Both the position numbers and the translations under genes were made by a program. From assembly GCA_963520835.1 (NCBI GenBank), contig CAUQSJ010000004.1, positions 18,158-82,157 of the forward strand: a stretch of 64,000 bases of DNA, written 5' to 3'. Positions 51,527 to 60,472 of the stretch are shown piece by piece. This DNA is from an uncultured Candidatus Saccharibacteria bacterium (GTDB taxonomy: Bacteria > Patescibacteriota > Saccharimonadia > Saccharimonadales > Saccharimonadaceae). The notes beneath the pieces are model-generated. The model ran no database searches, was not told where the DNA came from, and worked only from the letters and a program-made list of their open reading frames with translations. How positions within the stretch are numbered: the stretch's first letter is position 1; every line of letters starts with the position of its first letter.

Positions 51527-53068
51527 TTATTCTTCGTCGTCATCGGACTTTTTGTTGGTGGTAACTTTGGCACTATCGGCGTCATAAGCTTCTAGTTTTA
51601 CTTCGAGTTCAATATATTTTTTATCACGATAGACTTCAAGTTTAACCGTGTCGCCAACGGCGTATTCGCCAATTAAGCTACCAAGAGAGCCGGCAGTGCC
51701 GATTTTGGTGCCATTAACGGCAGTAATGATGTCGCCATCTTTAATGCCAGCCTTGTCGCCAGCGCTACCCTTTATGACGGCGGAGGCATTGTTTGAGCCT
51801 TTGACATAGGCGCCAGCTGTGACATCAAGTTTCTTCTCTTTGGCAATAAGCGGGGTGATGGTTTGATAACGGACACCTAATACGGCGCGTTCGAATTTGC
51901 CATCTTTGAGGACGCCGGCCATAATTCCCTTGACGCTATTGATAGGGATAGCGAAGCCAACGTTATTTCCTTGGCTGGCATAGGCGGTATTAATGCCAAT
52001 CACTTCACCGGCGGCATTGACGAGTGGTCCACCGGAATTACCACCATTGATTGCGGCATCGGTTTGGATCATATCGGAAAGGGTTTCATAGGTAGTGCGA
52101 GAAGAGTCAGAGGCGGTGAGGCTACGACCTTTACCAGAGATGATTCCGGAGGTGACGGAGTTTTGGTAGGTACCAAGCGCGTTGCCAATAGCTACAACTT
52201 GCTGGCCGATATTGGTAGTTTTACTATCGCCGATTTTGATTGGTGTGAGATTCTTAACGTCTTTGATTTTAACAATCGCAAAGTCATTGATTGGATCAGT
52301 ACCGATTAATTCAACGTCTTCATAGGTCGATCCATCATCGAGGATAACGCCAATTTTGGTAGCGTTAGCGACGACGTGCTTGTTAGTGGCGATATAGCCG
52401 TCGCTACTAAGAATAAAACCGGTACCAGCAGCCTGGGAAACTTGACCAGTGAAGAAAGAACCAGTGGTGCTAGTATTGGTGATGATTGAAACAACACTTT
52501 TCGAGACAGAATTGGCAATTTCGGAAATTGATCCTTCAGCAAAGGTAGCGGCATTATTGCTGGCCGAATTACTACTATGGAAAATTGAAGTAGTAGGACG
52601 GTTGTAGGCATAATAAAGCGCGGTGCCTGATAAGGCGACGGCTACGAGACTAGCAAAGGTAGCGAAGCGATTTTTGCCAGTTTTAGCTTGAGATTTCTTT
52701 TCGTTTTTTGATTCCGTAGACTCTTCGGCTTTTACATTATCAGTAGAATCATTTTGGTCGGTGTTCTCTACTTCGTCTTTAGATTCAGCTTCTAATTCAT
52801 CTTTAGATTCGGTTTCAGATTCAGATTTATCTTCGGTCTCAGATTCATCTTCGGTCTCGGAATCGGTTTCAGTTTCAACTTCAACTTCGGTTTCGTTTTT
52901 GGATCGTTCTGAAGCTTCGGAATGTTCTGAGGTGTCGGTAGCTTCAGACTCTTCGACTGGATTCACGGATGAATCGGTAGATTCGAGATCTTCTGATTCA
53001 GAGATGTTTTTTACTTCTTCTAAATCGGTTGAGTCTTTTGGTTCAAAATTACTTTTATCTTCGTTCAT
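51527..53068 (-). CDS. HtrA/DegP-like S1C serine protease with a PDZ domain and an acidic low-complexity N-terminus
   Basis: 513 aa. TM (FATFASLVAVALSGTALYYAY), trypsin fold with GNSGGPLVN, C-terminal PDZ (GIKDGDIITAVNG). Confidence 0.85.
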   Translation of the reverse strand: MNEDKSNFEPKDSTDLEEVKNISESEDLESTDSSVNPVEESEATDTSEHSEASERSKNETEVEVETETDSETEDESETEDKSESETESKDELEAESKDEVENTDQNDSTDNVKAEESTESKNEKKSQAKTGKNRFATFASLVAVALSGTALYYAYNRPTTSIFHSSNSASNNAATFAEGSISEIANSVSKSVVSIITNTSTTGSFFTGQVSQAAGTGFILSSDGYIATNKHVVANATKIGVILDDGSTYEDVELIGTDPINDFAIVKIKDVKNLTPIKIGDSKTTNIGQQVVAIGNALGTYQNSVTSGIISGKGRSLTASDSSRTTYETLSDMIQTDAAINGGNSGGPLVNAAGEVIGINTAYASQGNNVGFAIPINSVKGIMAGVLKDGKFERAVLGVRYQTITPLIAKEKKLDVTAGAYVKGSNNASAVIKGSAGDKAGIKDGDIITAVNGTKIGTAGSLGSLIGEYAVGDTVKLEVYRDKKYIELEVKLEAYDADSAKVTTNKKSDDDEE

Positions 53069-53091
53069 TTTTTACCTCCTTAAACGTAAGA

Positions 53092-53874
53092 TTAGACATT
53101 AAATAGCGGTTTACTAAACCACAGCACGATTATCAGGATTACGGAAATAGCAAAAATTGTAGGTACGAGAATATCTTTCTTTTCAATTTTCTGGTCATTT
53201 TGACTGGCGTTTTGATAAAGTAGGCCGGCGAGGAACGCTAAGATTGTCAGAATAATGGAGACTTGCGGAATAATTATCCCGAAGGCCTTGAAAGAATAGA
53301 CGATGAGCCAGAATTCAGCTAGCCAGGAAATCTCGGCGAAAAGTAGACCAGAAATTAGGGTGATTAAGCCGTATTCAGTATCTTCGCTCTGTACCAAGAC
53401 GTGACGTGCTACGGCAAAACCGAGGATAAAATTTAATAGAACAGTGAGACCGGAGCTACTGCCAGCTACCATCAGGGTGATCGCGGTGCTGCCGAAAAAT
53501 ACTGCGAGGAGAGCCTGGAGCTTAGTGGCGAAGTTGGAAGACATTGGCTTGAGAATGATGAGCCAGAGTGAATAGAGGGCTGTTAATACGTAATGTAGTG
53601 GGCTTAAAATATTTCCGGCACAATAGGCAAGAAAAACGAAAGAAAAACCCATGATGAGGTCGACTAGGTTGGATTTGATATTAACAAATAAGTAGCGTGG
53701 ACGCACGGCGAACATACGCCATTTAGAGAGTAATACTAATACACAACCTGGAATGAAACTTGCCGTGGCAAGGTTTAAGAAAATAGTGGCAATTGCAAGC
53801 ACTAAATTGAGTAGCACATGTAAGATTGTACTCAGAATATTGCGGCCACGTCGGATAATTACATAATCTGCCAT
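53092..53874 (-). CDS. hypothetical polytopic membrane protein
   Basis: 260 aa with about 7 hydrophobic helices and no recognisable motif. Confidence 0.5.
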   Translation of the reverse strand: MADYVIIRRGRNILSTILHVLLNLVLAIATIFLNLATASFIPGCVLVLLSKWRMFAVRPRYLFVNIKSNLVDLIMGFSFVFLAYCAGNILSPLHYVLTALYSLWLIILKPMSSNFATKLQALLAVFFGSTAITLMVAGSSSGLTVLLNFILGFAVARHVLVQSEDTEYGLITLISGLLFAEISWLAEFWLIVYSFKAFGIIIPQVSIILTILAFLAGLLYQNASQNDQKIEKKDILVPTIFAISVILIIVLWFSKPLFNV

Positions 53875-53895
53875 ATAGTATATTATACCTTATTA

Positions 53896-54537
53896 TTAAA
53901 ATAAACGAACGTGATCGAAGGGATAAAGTCGCATGAGTACTGGTCCGATGATACGGCAGTATGGAATGGTGCCGAGCCCATAACGTGAATCGTAGGAGTG
54001 GGTCCCCTCACGGTTGTCGCCGACCACGAAAATTTCACCGTCTGGAACGGTCGTGTCGACTTCGCCGGAGGTGTTTTGCTTTGGCCCGTCGGTAGCAGAT
54101 TTTCTGGTAGCAGCATCGGGATCGAAGCCGTTGGGATTTTGGTCATTATAAACCGTAATTTTACCATCTTTTACTACGACGCGTTCACCTGGGAAAGCAA
54201 TAACGCGCTTGATGATGTATTGATCCTTAATGGTAGGATCGACACTACAGGTAAGTTTACCACTGGATTCACCATTGAGAAAAACAATGATTTGACCACG
54301 TTCTGGTACGTATTCCTTACCTGACAGATGACTCATGCTGACGGCTAGACGATTGACGATTAAACGGTCATTTTCGCTTAAGGTGTTATCCATGGAGTGT
54401 CCGACGACATTATAGGAGCGAAAAACGTAGGCGTTGAGAAACATGGTGCCAAGTACGACACAGATAATAAAAAAGATTAAATTACAAAAATCTTTAACGA
54501 TTGGATATCTTTTGAAGAATGAAACTTTATTTTCCAC
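53896..54537 (-). CDS. lepB: signal peptidase I
   Basis: 213 aa. N-terminal TM, GHSMDNTL (S-box), KRVIAFPGE, GDNREGTHSYDSRY. Confidence 0.85.
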   Translation of the reverse strand: MENKVSFFKRYPIVKDFCNLIFFIICVVLGTMFLNAYVFRSYNVVGHSMDNTLSENDRLIVNRLAVSMSHLSGKEYVPERGQIIVFLNGESSGKLTCSVDPTIKDQYIIKRVIAFPGERVVVKDGKITVYNDQNPNGFDPDAATRKSATDGPKQNTSGEVDTTVPDGEIFVVGDNREGTHSYDSRYGLGTIPYCRIIGPVLMRLYPFDHVRLF

Positions 54538-54564
54538 TAATCTATTTTATCACGATTATGGTTC

Positions 54565-55764
54565 TTATTTTTGATAATAATCATGTAAAAATTGTTTTTT
54601 AAATTCAGCAAAAGTCTGATTCAAAATACTTTCACGAATTTGTTCGGTGAGGCGAATAATGAAACGTAAATTATGAGCAGTGGCAAGATTATAATATTGA
54701 CGCTTGAGTTCTGGATCACCAGATTTCCAAAGCGCACGCAATTGTCCCCTGGTCCAACCAGCTCTACAAGTAGTACAGTCGCAGTGGGCATCAAGTAATT
54801 CATTGCTATCCTTAAACTTACGCAGATTAATATCGCCGTATTTGGTATAAATTTTACCGTGGCGAGCTTCGCGGGTCGGTGCGACACAGTCGAAAGTGTC
54901 GGCGCCCATTTCGGTACCAATTAAAATATCGTCCGGATGGGAAAGTCCCAGTAGGTGACGAGGTTTGTTTTCAGGTAATTCCTCATTACACCAACGTAAA
55001 ATTTCACCGAGGTCTTCCTTAAGAAAGGCGCCACCAAGGCCATAGCCATCAAATGGCATTTTGCCAAATTTTTTGGCCGTACTGCGCCTTAAATCTTCCC
55101 AGCGACCACCCTGTAGAACTCCATAAAGGCTTTGACGGTAGCCGAGTGAGTCACGTAATTTAAAATGCTCGTCGAGACTACGTTTAGCCCAACGTTCGGT
55201 ACGGGCGAGAGCCTCAACATTATATTCGTAGCTGTCGGCTAAGGAAGTAAGTTCATCAAAAGCCATGTGAATATCGGCGCCGATACGGCATTGAATCTGC
55301 ATAGATTCTTCTGGGCCAATAAAATCTGGTTGACCATCGAAAGGGTCGCGGAAATTAACCCCATCTTCGGTAACGTGGGCGAGGCGTTCTTGGTGGGCAG
55401 TATTAACCACGCCACGCTCGCGCTCCATGGAGACGACTTTACCAAGACCAGAGCCGAGTGACATGACTTGAAAACCACCAGAATCGGTGAGAGTTGGTCC
55501 ATGCCAATTTGACCAGCTGGCTAAGCCACCGGCTTCCGCAATTTCTTGTGATTTGCGACGAAGGTGGTAACCATTACTAAGCATGGCTTGAGCTTTGGTT
55601 TGATGGAGTTCTTCTGGCGAAAGAAAACGAATGGCTCCGGTGGTACCAACCGCCATAAAAGCTGGAGTTTTAATATCGCCATGTGGCGTATGAATAGTCC
55701 CGGCACGACCAAGTGCGCCAGGAATACGTTCGTTAATTTCGAATGAGAAACCGGGAGTTGTCAT
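54565..55764 (-). CDS. tgt: queuine tRNA-ribosyltransferase (tRNA-guanine transglycosylase)
   Basis: 399 aa. Motifs TPAFMAVGT, DSGGFQV, zinc site CDCTTC..(H). Confidence 0.9.
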   Translation of the reverse strand: MTTPGFSFEINERIPGALGRAGTIHTPHGDIKTPAFMAVGTTGAIRFLSPEELHQTKAQAMLSNGYHLRRKSQEIAEAGGLASWSNWHGPTLTDSGGFQVMSLGSGLGKVVSMERERGVVNTAHQERLAHVTEDGVNFRDPFDGQPDFIGPEESMQIQCRIGADIHMAFDELTSLADSYEYNVEALARTERWAKRSLDEHFKLRDSLGYRQSLYGVLQGGRWEDLRRSTAKKFGKMPFDGYGLGGAFLKEDLGEILRWCNEELPENKPRHLLGLSHPDDILIGTEMGADTFDCVAPTREARHGKIYTKYGDINLRKFKDSNELLDAHCDCTTCRAGWTRGQLRALWKSGDPELKRQYYNLATAHNLRFIIRLTEQIRESILNQTFAEFKKQFLHDYYQK

Positions 55765-55770
55765 AATTCC

Positions 55771-56454
55771 CTATTTTTCAGACACCTCTTCGGTGAGTTT
55801 TGCGGTTTCAACCTTATGGGCTGGAATATATTTGCGGAGATTATTTACAATCAGAATTTCGACTGGTGACAAGACGATTTCGATGCCAATCCCGATAATA
55901 TAAGCAAAAATGGCTTGATTTAGGAAGTCCGAGGAAGCCAGGACACCGAGGAAGGCGACGGTTTCGAAAACAAGTGTATCGAAAAAGTGAGCTACGAAAG
56001 AAGAGGTGAGAGCGCGAACGATGAAGAGTTTTTGACCAGTCTTCTGCTTAATCTTTTCGAAGATGTAGTTGTTGGAAAACTGTGAAAATAGGTAGGCAGT
56101 GAGTGAACCAATAATAATACGTGGCGCAAAGCCTAAGACGTTAGCAATTGATTCCTGCATGCCTTCAGTGCCAGCAAATGGTGGAAGGGCGATGACGATC
56201 CAAAAAGTGAGTGCAGCAATGATATTAACTAAGAGACTGCCGAGAATGATATGCTTGGCGGTTTTGTGTCCGTAAAATTCAATTATAATATCACCGAGAA
56301 TGTAGGAAATTGGAAAACTAATTACGCCCCCGTCGACTGGAATGCCGAAGAGGTCCCAAAGCTTAGTCGCAGCCAAGTTTGAGATCAAAAGGATTCCAGC
56401 CGAGATGGCGGTGAAATAAATTAAGAGATTGCGTTTTCTAACTTGCTTGTCCAT
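55771..56454 (-). CDS. yhhQ: queuosine precursor transporter (YhhQ/DUF165 family)
   Basis: 227 aa, polytopic. Motif FPISYILGDIIIEFYG. Adjacent to tgt. Confidence 0.78.
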   Translation of the reverse strand: MDKQVRKRNLLIYFTAISAGILLISNLAATKLWDLFGIPVDGGVISFPISYILGDIIIEFYGHKTAKHIILGSLLVNIIAALTFWIVIALPPFAGTEGMQESIANVLGFAPRIIIGSLTAYLFSQFSNNYIFEKIKQKTGQKLFIVRALTSSFVAHFFDTLVFETVAFLGVLASSDFLNQAIFAYIIGIGIEIVLSPVEILIVNNLRKYIPAHKVETAKLTEEVSEK

Positions 56455-56455
56455 C

Positions 56456-56827
56456 TTAGAAATTAAGCTCTACGGTTTCGCCGTCTTTAGTTTTGATAGA
56501 GCCACGAACGTTGGTGAGCTCAATAGCAGCAGAAGCTTCGTCGTAGGTCTTGCCGGTAGATTCGTAGGCTTTTTGGTTTAATTCCTTGTCGGCAACAGTT
56601 TTAGCTTCGGCGGTAAAACGCATGAGGCCTAATTCGTTGCTAAAGACATAGATTTCGACCTTAGGATTTTTTTCGATTTGAGCGTAAACCTGTTTATTGG
56701 ATTTAGTACCAATATAGAGGTGGCCGTCGAGAATACCAGCGGCATCGAAAATGCGTAGGTGTGGCTGATCGCCATCAGTAGTTGCAATATAAAACATTCC
56801 TTCAAGAAATGGTAAAACTTGTTCCAT
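56456..56827 (-). CDS. pyridoxamine 5'-phosphate oxidase-like FMN-binding split-barrel protein
   Basis: 123 aa. The pattern ..FYIATTDGDQPHLRIF....DGHLYIGT...K.VY.QI.KNPKVEI is typical of the PNPOx-like family. Confidence 0.55.
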   Translation of the reverse strand: MEQVLPFLEGMFYIATTDGDQPHLRIFDAAGILDGHLYIGTKSNKQVYAQIEKNPKVEIYVFSNELGLMRFTAEAKTVADKELNQKAYESTGKTYDEASAAIELTNVRGSIKTKDGETVELNF

Positions 56828-56949
56828 AGTAATTTTTTCCTTTTTAAGTGCTTATTAATTATGTGAGATTTTAGATGACTAGTCAAGCAAATCGGAGAGA
56901 TTTGATTTTCGAGGCTTAGCCTATCTCTAGATGATGCTTGGAGTTTTAA

Positions 56950-58041
56950 TTATTTTTCATCATCAAGTGCAGCGCGGATATTGGAAGCTTCTTCGAAAAG
57001 AATTTTAATGCAGCCAGCGATCGGGATTGCCACAATACAGCCAATCAAACCGAAAGCATACATACCGATGGTGATGGAAACTAAAATCGCAAGTGGCGGA
57101 AGATTGAGTCCCTTGCCCTGAATGCGAGGGCCGATGATATTGTTTTCGATTTGCTGATAGATGAGGTAGAAAATGAAGAAAGCGATCGCGGCGCCTGGAG
57201 CGTTGATGAAAAGTAGAGTAGTATTCAAGATGCAGCCGATGACTGGACCAAACATTGGGATGAGGAAGAAGAGGAAGGAAATGAGGCCGAGAGGTATGGC
57301 AAGAGTGACCGGAAGATTGAAGATGAGAGTGATAACAAAAACGCCGAGCATGGTCATGAGGCCGTCAAGTAGAGCGATAAAGACTTGAGAAGAGACATAG
57401 GCGGCGACGACATTACTCATGCGACTGGTAACGTGCTGCCAGACTTTGGCGGATTTTTTATCTTTTACAGCCATGACGCGCCAGAAGTCTTTTAGCATAG
57501 TTGGCCCATCGAGCATAAAAAGAATAGTAAGCACAATGGTGAGGATGACACTGGTAATAATATTACTGATGGCACCAATACTGCCGACGGCGATATTGCT
57601 AATATTACCGAGCATTGTACTGCTGAAACTCTTGATACCGGAAGTTAGACTGTCTTGGAGATTAGAAATGCCAAAGTAATTGCCAATACCATTAATATCT
57701 AAGTGATCGATAACTTCGGAAATTTTGGCTGGGGCGGTGGCAAGAAAATTAGAAACTTGCTCGACAATAACCGGGCCAATTACGCCCACAATGATGGTAA
57801 AAGCCAGAGCGATAGTAAAGACTGCCAATGCGGAAGAAAGTCCGGGGCGACTTTTACGCTTGTCGATTTTATCGATTTGTTTGGCGAGCGGGTGGAGAGA
57901 AATCGCTAAGAAGGCGGAAATTCCGACGATAATTAGACCACCGGCAGCTTTAATAATGAAAAATCCGGCGGCGGCAAAAGCAATTAAGACTAGCCAAAAG
58001 CGGACAAATGTTTTTGTATCGATATCAATTGTGCGTGACAT
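56950..58041 (-). CDS. AI-2E family transporter (PerM/UPF0118)
   Basis: 363 aa with about 8 TM helices. Conserved C-terminal ..NIIGPRIQGKGLNLPPL. Confidence 0.8.
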   Translation of the reverse strand: MSRTIDIDTKTFVRFWLVLIAFAAAGFFIIKAAGGLIIVGISAFLAISLHPLAKQIDKIDKRKSRPGLSSALAVFTIALAFTIIVGVIGPVIVEQVSNFLATAPAKISEVIDHLDINGIGNYFGISNLQDSLTSGIKSFSSTMLGNISNIAVGSIGAISNIITSVILTIVLTILFMLDGPTMLKDFWRVMAVKDKKSAKVWQHVTSRMSNVVAAYVSSQVFIALLDGLMTMLGVFVITLIFNLPVTLAIPLGLISFLFFLIPMFGPVIGCILNTTLLFINAPGAAIAFFIFYLIYQQIENNIIGPRIQGKGLNLPPLAILVSITIGMYAFGLIGCIVAIPIAGCIKILFEEASNIRAALDDEK

Positions 58042-58057
58042 ATACTCCTTTATTTGA

Positions 58058-59473
58058 TTATAGCATTGGTGATTCGAGATATTGCCAGAAACTGGTTTGA
58101 TTGGTGTCTAAAATACTAAAATTATGAGATTTTAATTCTTCACGAATCTGGTCGGCCTTGGCGTAATCTTTATTTTGTTTAGCTTCAGCGCGTTCTTTAA
58201 TAAGAGTTTGAATTTCGCTTGATGGGAGAATAAGACTATCGAAGAAACGAAGTCCGAATAATTCATCGACAAAACGCCAATCATCTAAACTTAATTCATT
58301 TTGATCAATTTCAGCAAAGACCTCAGCGGAGTTAAGGTTCTGATTAATGATGGCGATGAGTTTTTCTTGTAATTCAGTGGTTTGATATTCGGACGTTTGA
58401 GGCTGTGCGAGAAAGTGGGATTGATTCTCGGTGAGGATGGTTTCTTGTAGGGTCTTAGCGAGGCGATTTAGCCAATGCAGACGACGATTTTTGGCGGCAG
58501 TAAGACCTTCGAAGGTGAAATTTCGTTCGGATTGATAATGTCCTTGTAAAATCCAGAGCTTAAAATCAAGTGGTGAGAAGCCGCGGTCTCTTAGATCTTG
58601 AATGGAGTAGGTATTGCCAAGGGATTTACTAATTTTTTGGTTGTCTATAGTAATAAAATTGGCGTGGAGCCAATAATTGGCCATAGTTTTACCAAAAGCC
58701 GCTTCGGATTGAGCAATCTCGTTGGTGTGATGAATTGGAATATGGTCGATGCCGCCAGCATGAATGTCGAGTGGTTCGCCTAATTCGAAATGCGAGATGG
58801 CGGAACATTCTAGATGCCAGCCTGGATAACCTTTTTTCCCTTGAAAATCCCATTGCATAGCATGATCTTCGCCAGGTTTAATAAATTTCCAGATAGCAAA
58901 ATCAGAAATATTGCGTTTTTCGGAATTAAAATCGACGCGGGCGCCAGCACGTAGGTTATCTAGATCAAGTCTAGCAAAATCAGCATAGGTAGCAAATTTA
59001 CTGGTATCAAAATAAATCCCATCGGAAGTTTCGTAGGTGTATCCACGCTCAATTAAGGTGTTAATCACTTCAAGATCTTCTTGAATGTAGTCGGTGGCGC
59101 GGCAGAACTTGGTAGGTGGTAATAAATTTAGAGCATTAAAATCTTGAATGAAGGCTGCTTCGTAGAATTTAGCGATTTCCCAGACAGTTTTATTCTCACG
59201 CTTGGCACCTTTTTCCAGCTTATCTTCCCCGTCATCCGCATCAGATGCGAGATGCCCAACGTCGGTAATATTAATAATACGGTGCGGGGTTAGGTGGTTA
59301 ATCTTGAGAGTGCGGACTAATAAATCCCAATAGATGTAGCTAGCAAAATTCCCAATGTGTGCGAAACTGTAGACAGTAGGTCCACAGGTATAGATTTTGA
59401 CATTTTCTGGATTTTGAGGAATGAATTCTTCGATTTGGCGAGTTTTGGTATTGAATAAGTGAAGTTTAGTCAT
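58058..59473 (-). CDS. cysS: cysteinyl-tRNA synthetase
   Basis: 471 aa. YTCGPTVYSFAHIGN (HIGH region) and KISKSLGN (KMSKS). Confidence 0.93.
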   Translation of the reverse strand: MTKLHLFNTKTRQIEEFIPQNPENVKIYTCGPTVYSFAHIGNFASYIYWDLLVRTLKINHLTPHRIINITDVGHLASDADDGEDKLEKGAKRENKTVWEIAKFYEAAFIQDFNALNLLPPTKFCRATDYIQEDLEVINTLIERGYTYETSDGIYFDTSKFATYADFARLDLDNLRAGARVDFNSEKRNISDFAIWKFIKPGEDHAMQWDFQGKKGYPGWHLECSAISHFELGEPLDIHAGGIDHIPIHHTNEIAQSEAAFGKTMANYWLHANFITIDNQKISKSLGNTYSIQDLRDRGFSPLDFKLWILQGHYQSERNFTFEGLTAAKNRRLHWLNRLAKTLQETILTENQSHFLAQPQTSEYQTTELQEKLIAIINQNLNSAEVFAEIDQNELSLDDWRFVDELFGLRFFDSLILPSSEIQTLIKERAEAKQNKDYAKADQIREELKSHNFSILDTNQTSFWQYLESPML

Positions 59474-59485
59474 GATATTTCTCGA

Positions 59486-60472
59486 TTAATTAGTTTCTTC
59501 GGATTTAAAAAGTAAATCATTACAACAGAAAACTAAGTCACGTAATACATCATCATAAGTAGTGTCGTAGGTGCGAAAACCAGCGGCAAAAGGATGACCG
59601 CCGCCACCAAAATAGCCAGCGACCTTGTCGGCGATTGGCTTGGAGGTGCGAATTTTGCCAGTAACTTTGCCATCTGGGTAGGTTTTAATGGCGACAGCGA
59701 CTTCTACGCCTTCGACCATCTTCATTTCTTCGAGAATGAGGGCGTTTGGATTGTATTCATCGGAAAATTCGGTAATATCAGACCAAGGAATATGGATGGT
59801 TGAAAGCTTATCGTCGAGGCTATACTCGATGCGCTTGATGAGGTCGGCTTTGTAATCGAGAATACGACGAGACTTCTTCATATATTCTTTGCGATTTTCT
59901 TCGAGTTTATTGATGTCGGCGCCAAGTTCGGTAAGGTGGGCGGCGACGCGGAAAGTATCAGCGGTGACGCCGGCAGTGGTAAGGCCAAGAGTATCGGAAA
60001 GTAAACCTTGGAAGATATTTTCGGCGGCGGATTGATTGATTTTAATATTCTGATCGATAGCGATTTTATAAATCAGATTAGTGCAAGACGGCAAATGTTC
60101 GATGATGCTTTGGTGTGGAAAATCTAAATCGTCGGTAGTTTCGTGATGGTCGATGACAAAAATTGGTTTGGTGTAGAGAATATTGCGAATCACCAAATCG
60201 TCAAGTAGCTTACTAAGAAGAATAGTGGCGGCGGTATCGACAATAATATAGCCGTCTGCATGATAATCAAAATTTTGATCAATGCGTTCCCAGCCAGAAA
60301 AATAACGGAGATATTTTGGCACATTGACTGGGCAATAAAGTGAAACTTCTTTGTCTTCAAGGAGTGCTTCCAGGGCTAAGCTGGAACCTAAAGAATCGCC
60401 GTCTGGATTTTCGGCTTGAATGACGCAGATTTTGCTTTTATTTTGGAGAAATTCTGAAAAATTTTGATACAT
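59486..60472 (-). CDS. nrnA: DHH/DHHA1 phosphoesterase (NrnA-like nanoRNase / pAp phosphatase)
   Basis: 328 aa. Motifs DGDSLGS, DHHE, GGGHPFAAG. Confidence 0.78.
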   Translation of the reverse strand: MYQNFSEFLQNKSKICVIQAENPDGDSLGSSLALEALLEDKEVSLYCPVNVPKYLRYFSGWERIDQNFDYHADGYIIVDTAATILLSKLLDDLVIRNILYTKPIFVIDHHETTDDLDFPHQSIIEHLPSCTNLIYKIAIDQNIKINQSAAENIFQGLLSDTLGLTTAGVTADTFRVAAHLTELGADINKLEENRKEYMKKSRRILDYKADLIKRIEYSLDDKLSTIHIPWSDITEFSDEYNPNALILEEMKMVEGVEVAVAIKTYPDGKVTGKIRTSKPIADKVAGYFGGGGHPFAAGFRTYDTTYDDVLRDLVFCCNDLLFKSEETN

